Assembly: GCF_000400465.1 (NCBI RefSeq)
Contig: NW_008806275.1
Coordinates: forward strand, 429,656 to 491,655
Direction: 5' to 3'
Source of the DNA: Wallemia ichthyophaga EXF-994
Lineage: Eukaryota > Fungi > Basidiomycota
DNA length: 62,000 nucleotides
Below the pieces are notes generated by a model. That model was not told the DNA's origin. It saw only the letters and a list, made by a program, of their open reading frames with translations, and searched no databases. Shown here in pieces: positions 46,301 through 58,742 of this stretch. Numbering within the stretch: position 1 is the first letter of the stretch; each line of letters begins with the position of its first letter. Made by a program: the position numbers and the translations under genes.

Positions 46301-47336
46301 CTTTCCATCCTTAGCTAGCTCCTTCTGCTGAGCTTCCCTGATGTCCTTAATCTTATCCTCATACATGGTTTTGTCTCTTTTCCATTGCTCAATATCTCTT
46401 TTTAACTGCTCATTTGAGTCCTTGACTCTTTTAACATCAGCATCAGCATTGGTGACTGATTTCTGGTGGTAGCACCAATCATGCGCAACAACCAGTCTAT
46501 CCAGGCGTTCCAACTCAGCAGAAGCTTTCTGGTAAGACAAGTAGGCTGACTTTTCAGAACGCAGCTTATCCAAACGAGGGATGATCTCCTCCTTGAGTTG
46601 AGATTCAATCTCAGCGACCTTCCTTTGTTTCTTCTCCATGGTCTTGTATGCTTTCTCCTTCCTATCCTCATACATACGCGTACCGGCAGCTTCCTCCACC
46701 ATAGAAAGAATTTCCTCTGGCTTCATGTTGAGCACCTTGGTAATTTTACCCTGCATAATAAGGAAGTTGGGGTTGTTGATGTTGAGTTGCACGGATTGGA
46801 AGAGAGAGTGGACAGAATTGAGATGAGATTTGTGGCCATTGATGAGGTATTTAGATATACCGCCCATAGCGATCTATAAATCGCGTCAATTTATCGCAAA
46901 ACGCGTAAAAATGAACTCACTTGTCGCGTCACGCTGATAGACGAAGCAGCTTCATAACCAACGGGGCTCTTACTTTTGTCTGAGTTATCGAAAACTATCG
47001 TAACGCTTGCTTTGGTGATACCCGCTTGGCCTCGCTTGTAAATGAGATCTTGGAGGTTGCTGGCTCTGACTGTCTGTAGATTTGTCAAGCCGAGTACGAA
47101 ACAGATGGCGTCAAGGATGTTTGATTTTCCTTGAAGGATTTGTTAGATGTTTACATTACAACCTAATCACCCACCAGATCCATTCAATCCTGTTATCGCG
47201 TTGAATGAGCTATCCCAACCACTTATAACTGTACGATTGACAAAACTCTTGAAGCCCTCTGCATAGGTATATCTCAGCTAACACTAGAGCGATTATCCAA
47301 TCAAATCTCACCAATAATAAGCTCCTCCACACGCAT
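43317..47336 (-). CDS. SMC2: Condensin subunit SMC2, multi-exon (the last four short exons lie below the ORF-track end at 43859)
   Basis: MRVEELII|.[15 protein letters not shown]|[35 protein letters not shown], hinge, LTELSGGQR|[31 protein letters not shown]|LF, with stop at 43317-43319. Confidence 0.96.
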
Positions 47337-47639
47337 ATTATGATTGTCAGTACACAAGAAGCCAACACGCGTTTTTTGAAGGAAAAACAGAGATCAATTT
47401 GTTCTATATAATGCTTCAGTAAATAATAATATTTCAGAGATGTCAGTCACATTCCTATCTTTTCTGGGTTGTTTAGATGCGGCTGCAGTTCTAGTGTTGG
47501 GAGGTAGAGAGCAGCGGAGGTGTAATGATGTACCCATGATAGCAATCCCACGCCTAAAATACCCAATAATTTTCAAGAAATTACCGAATTGAATTTCGAC
47601 GTCACTGCTAGATTTACAGCTCAACTACCATCTGTCATT

Positions 47640-48600
47640 ATGTCCCAAAGGTTTAACGCCGGTGCAGGGCCAAGCTACGCAGCAGCAGCCAATCCAAGCA
47701 CCCAGTATGATCAAAATTCCTCCGGTGGCGGTCCATTGGGCAACCTCAAAGAAGTTGCCAGCAAAGTGGGTCAACTCACGCATACACATACGTATCTCAC
47801 AGAATTACGAAAAGTTTGAAGACTTCATTGACACCTACACACAAGGTCTCAAACCTTATCTTCCTGCCTTCGGTAGATTTCTCATTGTCGTCACTTTCAT
47901 TGAAGACGCCTTGAGAATATTGACGCAATGGAAGGATCAGATGTGGTATTTGCAGAGACATCGCCATTTCTTTTGGATCTTAGCTTTCAGTTTCCTCGTT
48001 ATTAACGTTGTCGTTATGTTGGCTTGTTCATTTTTGGTGGTTAGACGCCAGCACGCTTTATACGCAGTTGGAGGATTACTTGGTGTTGTCGTCGTTCAAG
48101 GTTTCGGCTATGGCCTCATTTTCGACTTGAACTTCTTTTTGAGAAACCTTTCCGTGATTGGTGGTCTCATGATGGTTCTATCTGAATCATTCATCAAGAA
48201 GAAGAACATCTTCGCTGGCCTGCCTTCTATTTCTGAAACTGACAAGCGCAAGTACTTCCAATTAGCTGGCAGAGTTCTCCTCGTTTTCCTCTTTATTGGC
48301 TTCGTCGTTCAGGGCGAGTGGTCACTCATCCGTATCATCTTCTCCGTCATTGGATTGCTCGCTGTCACCTTGGTTGTCGTCGGCTTCAAAACCAAGTGGT
48401 CTGCTACCTTCCTCGTTCTCCTCTTATCTATCTTCAACATCCTCATCAACAATTGGTGGTCTATGCATCACGCCCACCACCAGCGTGATTTCCTCAAGTA
48501 TGACTTCTTCCAGACTCTCTCTATTGTCGGTGGTTTACTCTTGCTCGTCAACATGGGTCCAGGTGGCATTTCTGTTGATGAGAAGAAGAAAGTTTACTAG
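47640..48600 (+). CDS. ERV29: ER-derived vesicle cargo receptor Erv29/SURF4 (one intron)
   Basis: KPYLPAFGRFLIVVTFIEDALRI, FFLRNLSVIGGLMM, RDFLKYDFFQTLSIVGGLL and a C-terminal DEKKKVY retrieval motif. Confidence 0.95.
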
Positions 48601-48682
48601 TTTCTTCTTTGATAGTCGTGTTCAAGTTAATTGTTAATGCTAAAATACAAATTATAAATACTACTTTTGCTATATAGGCGCT

Positions 48683-50558
48683 TCAATTACTTCCCAGTAA
48701 TGGTTGTCTTTCATTTGGCGGAGTTGACTGTGGGGGTGTTTCATTATCCTCGGCGTGTGTGGTACCCCTGACTCTGATATCAGCCAGTGTGCACTCCCTA
48801 TTCCAGTTAATACGCGAGACAATCCAGAGGACAGCGATAAAATTCAAAAAGAGCGCTATGGACATACCCAGCCACAAACCGACAAGTCTGTCGCTCTGAG
48901 CACTGGGCCAAGGCCAATAGCTTTCAGGATTGACTCTAGGTAGGAATGCCAAACAGACAGCCAACGGTAATCCAATGATGTAGAAACCAGTTATTTGAAT
49001 GACTGCACCCATTAGCTGTCGACCTGTTGTCCTTAGTATACCCAAGCAAGATGAGATGGTGCCATCCGTGAATTGGAACAACGCAACAAGGGGTAAAATA
49101 TTAGCAACTAGCTCTATAACGTCGCTGTCAGAAGTAAAAATCTTGGCAAATGACTTCCTAAAAATCAAGAAAACAAGCGCATTTATCAACGCCATGGCGA
49201 AGGAAAATTGGATCGTAGCTTTAGTGGCGGCCGATGCTCTATTGGGTAGAAATTTACCCATAAGGTTTCCAATCCTGACTGAACTGGCAACACTGAGTGC
49301 TGACGGCAGCTGGTAGCTGACTGACGAGCTAGTATTTATAACGGACTGAGCTGCTAAAGCCGTAGGGGAAATGAAAGATGCTGCAAATGCCAAACCTTCC
49401 CATGCAGCCCATTCACTAAGTGTCATTGTCGCAGCAGATGCGCCGAGCTTGGGTAAGAGTTAGTCTAAAGTCACGTCTAGAAAAAGAAATGCTTAATCAC
49501 CTTGAAGCAGACGCCGAGATCTTTGAACATCAAATGACTGAATCCGCCCCAAGTACCCTGTCTGGTTTTAGGGTTGAGGACAACATATGCGAATAGTAGG
49601 ATCGCAATAAGATCAATACATGCCGCTGACGCAATAGGGCTACCAATGAATCCCAGACTAGTCTTCCAGACAAGAAGGTATTGCAGGAGCATGTTGAGAG
49701 GACTAATGACTATCAGGACGATTGTAGGAATGTGCATGTTGTTGCAGCTTTGCAGAAACTTCCTGAGCAGCTCAAAACCAGCGAATCCAGGCAAAGCAAC
49801 TGTGAAGTATCTCAAGTAGGTACCAGCAAGGTGGGCGACTTGAGGATCTTGTCCGATAGATAGTAGAATACGCTCGGAGTTGATCCATACAGCGCTAATT
49901 GGGATGAGAAGGAGGAAGATTACGACTGTCATGCGCTAGCAATTAACGAAGTTAGGAGACAAAAGAGGTTAAAATGGAAACATACACTTGTCCAGATTCC
50001 AACCAAGGCAGGATTGCTAGATGCATAGCTGGTGGCTAACAAGCTATCCAAACCGGTCGCGAAGCCTTGAATAAGAGCGAGACCTGTGACTGCTGCAGTC
50101 ATAGAGGATAAACTCATGGCAGCTAATGCCATCTTATCAATGTGCCCTACTGAGAGTACGCTAGCAACATTTAGCGAGTACTCAAGTAAATGAGTAAGCC
50201 AAATAGGTATGAGGTAGATGCTAATGATGCGGAGCTCGGTCATGACGGTGGAATTGTCAACCTTGTCATGATCGTAGGAGACTGGGATAGGGGTGTGAAC
50301 TTGAGGAGGTTGTTGGGGATTGAGTATGGATTGTCGCTGTCTGGCGATTTCCTCGTCCATTTCGTTGGAAACACGCTTGGATGAAGATTTATATTGTGTT
50401 TGCTGTGTGTTGCTAGTGCGCTCGTCAGTGATGCTATCATGGCTACCACTTTCGCCATCTGGCTCGTTTGCGTCGTCGCTATCTGAGTGACCAAAAATGG
50501 ATTCTAGCGTGTTAAAATCTCTCGGTATAGAGGATGAATAAATAGATGATCTCCGCAT
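48683..50558 (-). CDS. MATE family multidrug/toxin efflux transporter, 2 introns
   Basis: LEYSLNVASVLSVGHI, QGFATGLDSLLATSY, IGQDPQVAHLAGTYLRY, EWAAWE, SVRIGNLMG and GILRTTGRQLMGA. Confidence 0.92.
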
Positions 50559-50722
50559 ATCGCTTGTACAGAGGTGATGGTGGTGAAGTAGCGAGGAAGT
50601 GACGGAGAATAAACATCTGAATACACACAAGTAAAATTGAAGTGTTAATCAATTATTTGTATCTACTTCACTCTCACCGAAACCATCATCATCATTGGAA
50701 ACGATCTTGTGGATCTATCACA

Positions 50723-52004
50723 ATGGATAACCACAAATTATTCATTGGGAGCACTTACGATGGTTTGTTAGTCCTTGAAGCTTCTAGACTCGGTTTGCTA
50801 CCACGTGGGTGCTCACTATCGCACCTAACACACACGCTGAGCATTGCTCACTAATAGGAGTAACCAGAAGACTGAAGGAGTCTGAGCGTCGTCTGGTACA
50901 GTCTGGCTCTGTATTTGTCTTTGACGAGCACGAGTCTGGTATCAAAAGGTGGACAGACGGTCTGATCTGGTCGCCGTCTAGAATACTCGGAAACTTCCTT
51001 ATTTATAGAGAAACCCACAAACCGAAGCGCAATGCTACTGCGTCTGTCAACCAACAGCAATCTTATTCATTAGAAAGTTTCAACTACGATCCCAACAACC
51101 AAAACAGCTCAGACGATGAAAATGAGTCGGAGAAAGCAAAAGAGAGGTCTCTCGTAGGCTCACTCACCAAATCCGACATGTTCAAGTCTAATGGGTTGGT
51201 CAAAAAGGTTAGTAATTTGGTGTACCTTAAATTTATAAGTCCGTGTCTCACAAAGAATCCTAGACTATGTCTCTTAGTTTTAACGGTTCCGCGCAGCATC
51301 TAATATCATACTATAGAGTAGAAGATGTTCAAAAGGGCAGATTGAGATCACCTTCGACTCTACCAGAGTTCCAATCTCTGGCCATATCCCAAGAATATCT
51401 CGTTAATTCAAATTTTAGATGCCCAATTAGAACAGAAGTCGACCCCGACGGACTTCTGAGGTATAGGGGCGAGCAGGAGGATTTTTCTCAGTATAGTCCA
51501 CCATCGATCCAAGCAGCACTATCAAACTATCAAGCACAGATGTCGCAGCAGCATCAGAAGTCTAAAGCACGCCGGTCCAGCCATCCAATAGCGGGTAACA
51601 GGTCGCCACCATATGCAGCTGCATCGCCATCGGCTTCAGGTATTGGGAAGTCTTCACCGACGTCTCTGAACAACCACAGATATACGCCGTATGGTAGTCC
51701 ACCTTCGAGACATATTTCCAGCTTACCGATGACGATACAGGCGGTGTCGCCTGTGTTGCCACCGTCTTCACCACCTGTGCATAGAGGCATGTTGCGGCCA
51801 CCTTTCGACTATTATGACAGCGCTAATGCGCAAACAACTCCTATAGGCCGAGTGAGCTCTTCTGCTCCACTTGCGGGCCATGCTCATGCTCATGATCATG
51901 CTAATAACCACAGTCAACTTCACGCTCACGCTCACGCTTATCAAATCCCAGCGCCACCTATTCAATACTATGCACAAACCCATCCGAATAACCCATCAAG
52001 CTGA
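50723..52004 (+). CDS. Gti1/Pac2 (WOPR) family transcription factor, 2 introns
   Basis: DGLLVLEASRLGLLPR|VTRRLKESER..VQSGSVFVFDEHESGIKRWTDGLIWSPSRILGNFLIYRE, GLVKK|TMSL and HLISYY, followed by a low-complexity tail. Confidence 0.92.
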
Positions 52005-52252
52005 ATAGAATCTCCATCAGTAATAATTTTTAAATTTACGGTAATTGTAATATATCTTTCTTGCTTAAGCTGCTTCTACCAATGACTTGTATTAACACTC
52101 TAGTTTACTAAAGAAATGAATTATAAAGTACATAGGAAGAAAAGGCGTTAATTAATTTAGAATTAAAAGTGTGTTTATAGGGTAATGAATGGGGTATGTA
52201 AACGATAGTACCAAGATATATCTATATGAAAATTTGCACGATACGAGGCAAA

Positions 52253-53629
52253 TCACTGCACGTCAACAAGATTGTTAGACTCAGCGAACCAACTGTCACG
52301 GAACTGAGGTTGGCCGTTTGTTTGATGGCCGTTAGGCATCTGCCTTGGCTGTTCATTCTCATTGGGCTCCGGTGAGTCATCGTCGTTAGACATTCTGACT
52401 ACCTCGATTCTGTCCTGGACGTTCGTAGGAGATACTTCAGCTCCCGCAGCTGCATTTACTGGGAATTGTGATAGCAGCGGCGACTGGCGTGGTGTTTGAG
52501 AGTGTGTATGGTGGAAATGGCTGTTCATGACCATATATCCAAGCAATTGCTCAACCTTTCCATTCAATGTCTTCATATCTCTCTGTATACTGTGTATCTC
52601 GTTCTTCAGTCCTGACATCTCCTTCGGTGTGCGCAGTTCAATCGAATCTAGTCTAGATTTCAAGACATGGAGCTGGTCAAGAGCGATGCCATTGGCGAGG
52701 TTATTGCTGTTTGTTTGGTTGGAGGTATTGATAGATTGGCTAATATTCTCGATAGTAGGTGTCAGCGGTGAGACTGTCGAAGAAGTGTTGTGGTTGTGAG
52801 TGTTGTGGATGTTGTGAGTGCTGTGAGTGCTGGCTGAAGATGCAGACGAAGGCGGAGGAGCAGATACAGATGCAGACGCCGCCTGGCTAGCAGCGTGGCT
52901 CGCAGCATTTGCAGACGTTGCGCTATATCTTCCCTTTCTCCTCTTCTGGCCGTCTTCTCGTCTAGGCGCGGGTGATTGAGGCGGAACGAATGTCTGATTT
53001 GTGGTTTCCTTTAGTGTTACTTTGATAATCGCGTCAATATGGATATAGTCAGCTTATAAGCACCCACAATCAGCCGTGCTATTTGTCCTGGTACCGTTCG
53101 CAGCAGCAGTCCTAAGATCGTCAGGAACAGCACCCTTGCAAGCAGGAAGATGTTTTCTGATACGATCCGGGGTTGTAGAATGAGCGTTAGCGCCACCGCG
53201 CTCAGGAAATACTTTGCAGAACGTGCATCTAAGCCAACAAAGCCTATCCTGTTCATCGTGTACGGCTTCTAGGTAGCCCTTGAATGGAGTATTATCAGTC
53301 TGGCGCGCAGATTGAGCTTTATCACCATTGACAGTATTTATAGCTTTCGACACAGAGCTCTCGTTATCAGACTGCGAAGACGTGGATTCCTTTCTTGACT
53401 GTCTCTGCTTGGGCATCCCATTACCACCGATGTTGTTGGCGGTGTTGACGTAAGGATGATGGTAGACACTCTGTGTAGACCTACGCCGCCGTTGAGGACC
53501 ACCAACATTGCTGCTATCGTTGCTCGCCGCGGTAGGTGCAAATGCGGACATGAGTGAGGTGTTAGGCTCGAGGCTGTCTAGCTGGTAATCATTGGTGGAG
53601 CTGTGCTGGTGTTGCTGATCATATTCCAT
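52253..53629 (-). CDS. Uncharacterised nuclear protein with a putative C2HC/BED-like zinc finger, NLS and coiled coil (one intron, ~53028-53075)
   Basis: A GTGGGT..AAAG intron joins ORF 53054-53629 in frame to ORF 52253-52663. The product contains LRCTFC...RIRKHLPAC, QKRRKGRY and LKSRLDSIEL...LKNEIHSIQRDMKTLNGKVEQL. Confidence 0.7.
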
Positions 53630-53891
53630 CTTTGTGTGGTTACGAACACTGCTGTGCCCGTCTCTTCAACCTCGAATCTAATCTTCATACCATTTGTTTT
53701 AGTCTTCATTCCAAACGACACACTAAACTGCAGAATTATGCTTCGATGCATTTCAAGATAAGTAATTATTCTCAAGATCATTCTGTATTCCTGTCATTGA
53801 ATCAAATGCGCGATTTTTGTATACAAAAGGCTCATTTTGTTACTTGTGCCGAAGGTTTACACTAAACTGAGCCCATTGATAGAATTATAAG

Positions 53892-54218
53892 ATGGATTTT
53901 CATGCAGGTGTGTATGAGCTTGTTGATGCAATTCCTTACGGGAAGGTGGCAACGTATGGCCAAATAGCCAAGGAACTCGGCCAGCCCAATCACAGCCGAA
54001 TGGTAGGGCAAGCTCTGAAGTTGCTCAACCCAGCCAACAATATCCCATGGCACAGAGTCATCAACAGCAAAGGCGAGCTGTCTAATAGAGGTGATGGCGG
54101 TGTTGGGATTCACAACCAAGCACAGCGTCTTGAAGAAGAAGGCGTAATTCTCACTCAATTTGGCCAAAATCAATATAAATTAAATCTATCAGTGTACATA
54201 CATCAATTTATCTCTTAG
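53892..54218 (+). CDS. ATL1: Alkyltransferase-like protein (ATL; MGMT family, PWHRV)
   Basis: VYELVDAIPYGKVATYGQIA...SRMVGQAL...IPWHRVINSKG...QRLEEEGV. Trp replaces the catalytic Cys. Confidence 0.92.
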   Translation: MDFHAGVYELVDAIPYGKVATYGQIAKELGQPNHSRMVGQALKLLNPANNIPWHRVINSKGELSNRGDGGVGIHNQAQRLEEEGVILTQFGQNQYKLNLSVYIHQFIS

Positions 54219-56468
54219 TATTTGCTAATTCGTACGCTGCGTTGCGTACTCTACTATCGTAATGCTGTGATTCGAGTAACGCCAACTCGAATCCCAATGC
54301 ATTCTGCGCGTTACACGCATACGGATCATTCAAGTAAGCCTTATAACCACCCTCACCCGACATTCTATCTTCAGTACTTAACAGCGTCTCTATCACCGAT
54401 CCACCTGCTATACCTACCAACTTCTGCACAAAGTCGACTGCCTTGAGTGAACTATCACCAGGCCATTGCAACGTGCAAATCAAAATCCGCTTGGCGAATG
54501 CTAGGCACCTCGTCGATGGTACTCCTTTGGTTTGGTTGCGCGCTGTGAAGAAAACAATATTGAGCGTGTCGAACAATAACTCTGACTCAGATTTCGCATG
54601 GACCGGTTTGATCTTTTTGAATGATTTGACACTGTTGTCTGGTACAGTTTCTATTGTTGGTGAGATGCTCAGTGGTAGGAGCAGCGCATAAAGTGAAGTC
54701 AAGAAGTCATCGAGATCTATATTCAGCGACTCTCCTTGATCCGTCAAAAGCTTGAATGCAGTAGAGATACACAGCAGCCTCAATCTTGTTTCACTCGACG
54801 GAACTAAAGTGTCCACATTCTCATCCTCCTCGTGCACCAATTTCTCTTCCACCAGTGCATCCAGCTCAGCTCTCTTACTGATACTCTTCAACACGTCAAG
54901 AAGGCTACACAGTTTGTTAGTATACCACATCAAAATCATCTCACAACCCACTCAACAAAGAAGTCAACGTTAACGAGGTGACTAAAGTTGGCGACACCTT
55001 CCAAAGCTACAGGCAGGAGTGGACTAGATTCTGGAAATTTAAGTATGCGGAAATAAATGACGAAAATGAGTTTGAGCGTCTCAGTGTTATTCCTATCCTT
55101 AGTCTCCTTATCCACTTCAACTTGCGCTTCTTTCATCTCCTTTTCAATTTCTTTATTCTCGCGATGAGCTTTCTTTGCCTTCTTTGACAAATGCTTCTTC
55201 TCCTTGTTTTCTTTGAATTTACGTTGATGTTTGTTTGGTTTCTGCGTTGACTCAAGTGTTAGCTCTTCTCTGAGTCTGAGGTTGTTAAATAAAGACAAGA
55301 CGTTTGGAGATATTCTAAATTGACGCTCCTTTATCATTCTATTGAGTATCTTTGTAATCTCGAGACTGAACTCTCCGCTAACATCACTCTTGAGGACCTT
55401 TTCGAGTGCATCATAGCACATTTTAGACAATTCATCCCATGACTGCTTCGATATCCGACCGATAACACATTCCATTATGTTTGTGTGGAAGTTGAAGTGT
55501 GTCGCCCTCTCCAACATGATACACATACACTGCAGACATACTTTCGTCAGTGTTGATGCCTTTTTTATCTCTTTGTCAAGACTCGCAAGCCAATTCTGGT
55601 AAAGCTGTATGATTAGCTCTTCCCACTGACGACGCGCCGCAACCTCTTTGCTGACTTTCTCTGTCTTCTCTTTCTCACTGAGCTTTCTTATCCTATACGA
55701 TGGCAGAATATCAACAAATATGGCTGAGAGTGATAAGTGTGATAGTTGTCTGATAGACTCTAGGTTTACGATCTCCTTATCGTCGTATTTTAACTTGTAC
55801 TGAGTCAGCTGCTGGAGTTTTCTTATATGGATTAGATTTTCCTCTGGATCTGTCAGTACAGTCTGAGCAATTGAAGCCATTGTGAATTTAGCAGCAGCTA
55901 GTTGAGATTTCTTAGTGTTGTTTTGCATATAGATTCTGTAGATATGGTGTGTCTTCTCGTCGCTGTCCTCTTCGTCAGCCTCATCTGACTTGTCCTTGTC
56001 TACCTCTTGGTCATCCTCCTCCTGCTCAGACTGGCTCTCGTAGATGTCGTCAGCCTTGAGCTGCTTCGGGCGCGACGGCAGGTTTTTTATCTTTCCGTCG
56101 TCAAGCTTTATCGGCAGTCTATTCTGTTCGGCTTGAGGGGAGGCTTTTGAGTGCTGCTTCTGGAGCTGGAGCTGGTAGTTGTCTTCGAGATTATCGTCTG
56201 CGTCGCTGGGAATATCGCTGGCTGCGTCGTCACTTGCTACATCGCTAGCCAGACTATCCTCACTATCCTCTCCACTTCTACTCTCCTCAGACTCAGACTG
56301 TGGTTTGACAAACTTCCTCTTTGCGTTCTTCAGCTTGTTCGTAGGTTTGCTGATTTCCTTTTCATTCAGCTGCGCCAAGAACGACGGCTTCTGTTCGTCA
56401 AAAAACCTGGTCTCGTAAACTTCATCCTCGCTGCCGCTACTCATGCTGCTGGTGGAACGAGAAGACAT
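54208..56468 (-). CDS. NOC3: Nucleolar complex-associated protein 3 (one short intron)
   Basis: Acidic N-terminus, DPEENL, SLSAIFVDILPSYRIR, LERATHFNFHTNIM, TETLKLIFVIYFRILK, LEGVANFSHLVNVDFF and RCLAFAKRI. Confidence 0.93.
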
Positions 56469-56525
56469 GGATTAAAGTGGTGAAATTACATAAATAAAAC
56501 TAAATACCCGGAAAATACAAAAATT

Positions 56526-57651
56526 CTATTTCAACTCAGTCTTGAACACCAAATCCCAGAACTTGGACGTCACACCGAATCCGAGCTCGAAGTTGCCGTA
56601 GTGGTGCTTCAAGTGGTACGATTTCATCTGCTTGAGGTAATTTGGCAATCTAGTGTGATGTAGCGCATAGTGCATACAGTCATAGAGAACATAAAAGGCG
56701 AATGAGCCGGATATCACACCATTTGCTGTTGCCGTGTTCGGAAGTATCTTGTATGCCAATTGCGTGAATGGATACTGCAACGCAGTGAATAATGTTGGTG
56801 GCATAACCAATCTCAACCCGTCAGCTGGTAGGTAGTGGTGTATACCGTCTAGAGGAAAATTTTGTCAGAAGTGGTTAGATGTTGCAACATTACTTACGTA
56901 GTAAGAAGTGAAGCATAAGAAATACTGGTCTATCTGGCAAGTAGTCGTCGACGTGGAAGAGGAATCTGTGCATCCCGTATTCCAAAATTGTCCAAATAAC
57001 ATTCCCGAGTAGGAAGCATCCCAGAGTACAGAGACCACCAAGCGAGCTACCAAACTGAGTACTGAAGTCTGAGAAGCTTCTGAATGATAGATAGAGCGTG
57101 ATTGGCACCCAGATCAATGGAATAACATACCACGGAGTGACGGTGAACATTTCCAGGAAATCGTAACCAAACAGTCTAGCGCTTTTCTTGAGATGTCTAG
57201 GCTGATGTACTTGCTCCAAATAAAAGTCTTTACTGAAGTTGCTGTACCACACTTGACTAAGAAGTGGCTTACTGAGGTCGAGGAATTCACATTTCTCTAA
57301 ATCGTCCTCGATGTTGCTCTCTTTGGGCATGAAATCATCAGTCGCAACCCAATTCTCATCGACTATACGGGTCCCAGAATCGAGCTTACCAATGAGCATA
57401 TCGGACATCATTCCAAAAGCTGCAGGGGTATGTTCATGGTCTTCTTCACTATTCGTCGCTTTCATTGCTGCTTCAATATCTTTGCCAGCATATTTGAGAA
57501 TGAGGTCTTCGCCACCAGGATGATCGTGCAAGAAATCCGTTACATCGTAGATCAATCTACCTATAGTAACCCAGCAGCTCTTATCAGATTTGTGGGCCTC
57601 TACGTCTGCTCTTGTGTGAATCTTCAGTCTTCTCTGTCTGAGCTCAGCCAT
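56526..57651 (-). CDS. SCS7: Sphingolipid fatty-acid alpha-hydroxylase with cytochrome b5 domain (one intron)
   Basis: IYDVTDFLHDHPGG (heme binding), FYLEQVHQPRH, EYGMHRFLFH, HGIHHYLP.D..RLVMPP, YDCMHYALHH and HLKHHY. Confidence 0.95.
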
Positions 57652-57725
57652 CTTGTACTTTGTACTGGAACAAGAGGCGGTGCTCGGATCTTATCGGTGG
57701 ATATAAAATACACAGAAAAGAAGAA

Positions 57726-58470
57726 ATGTCGCGAGGATTATTTATCGTCGTCGAAGGTCTCGATAGGACTGGTAAATCAACGCAGTGTGCCCAGCTACTA
57801 AACCACTTCACCGCCTCGGGAAGGAAGGTGACTCTAATGAAGTTTCCAGGTGAGGGCAACTGCGTGGCGTAAAAAGCCTCAAACTCATTGCCTCTCGCAG
57901 ACAGAACCACAAACATTGGACAGATGATCAATAGCTACCTCCAGTCCAAAACTGAGCTCAACGATCACGCTATACACCTCCTTTTCTCTGCAAACAGATG
58001 GGAATTGAGTCAGCATATCGTCGATACACTCAATGGAGGCACTACCATTATCGCTGATAGGTATGCCTACTCGGGTGTGGCATACTCTGTCGCTAAGGTG
58101 CGTTCAAACGCGTTTGACGCGTATTTTATCAACAAAAACCAATCTTAATATCCATTTAAAGGGGCTCAACTATAACTACTGCAAGAATCCAGATAAAGGC
58201 CTACCAAAACCCGATAAGGTCTTCTTTTTAGACCTCCCACCGCTTCTGGCTCAGCAGAGAGAGGATTACGGTGAAGAGAGGTATGAATCGCTCGAAATAC
58301 AGACGCGTGTACGCTCGGCATTTGTGCAGCTGCTCCAAGACAACCAGTACATTCACAAACTTGACGTCACTAGACAATCTATCGAGAGCGTTCACCAGGC
58401 CTTGAAACAAGAGCTCACACCGTTACTTGAAAGCTCACAAGAACCCTTAAGACACACCTTGTTCATGTAG
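57726..58470 (+). CDS. CDC8: Thymidylate kinase, 2 introns
   Basis: RGLFIVVEGLDRTGKSTQ, KFP|DRTT.IG, HLLFSANRWE, IIADRYAYSGVAYS, GLPKPD and YGEERYE. Confidence 0.95.
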
Positions 58471-58742
58471 AAAAGGAAAGTATTCATCTATATTTGTACA
58501 ACATGAAAGCATAAAGAAATAACTACTACATACGTGTACTATGTGCGTACTTGAAGTTTGATTCGACTGGACGAGTAAAATGAGAAATGTAGTAGGACGA
58601 CGGCATAATCTTAATGGCTGAAATCACCAAAACAAGATGATAATGTCATCTAATCGACAACAACTGAAGACGTAGACTAAGGAAAGCGTAGAACCAAAAT
58701 ACACAAGATATTGACGAAATGTTGAGGTGTAAAATACACGTC

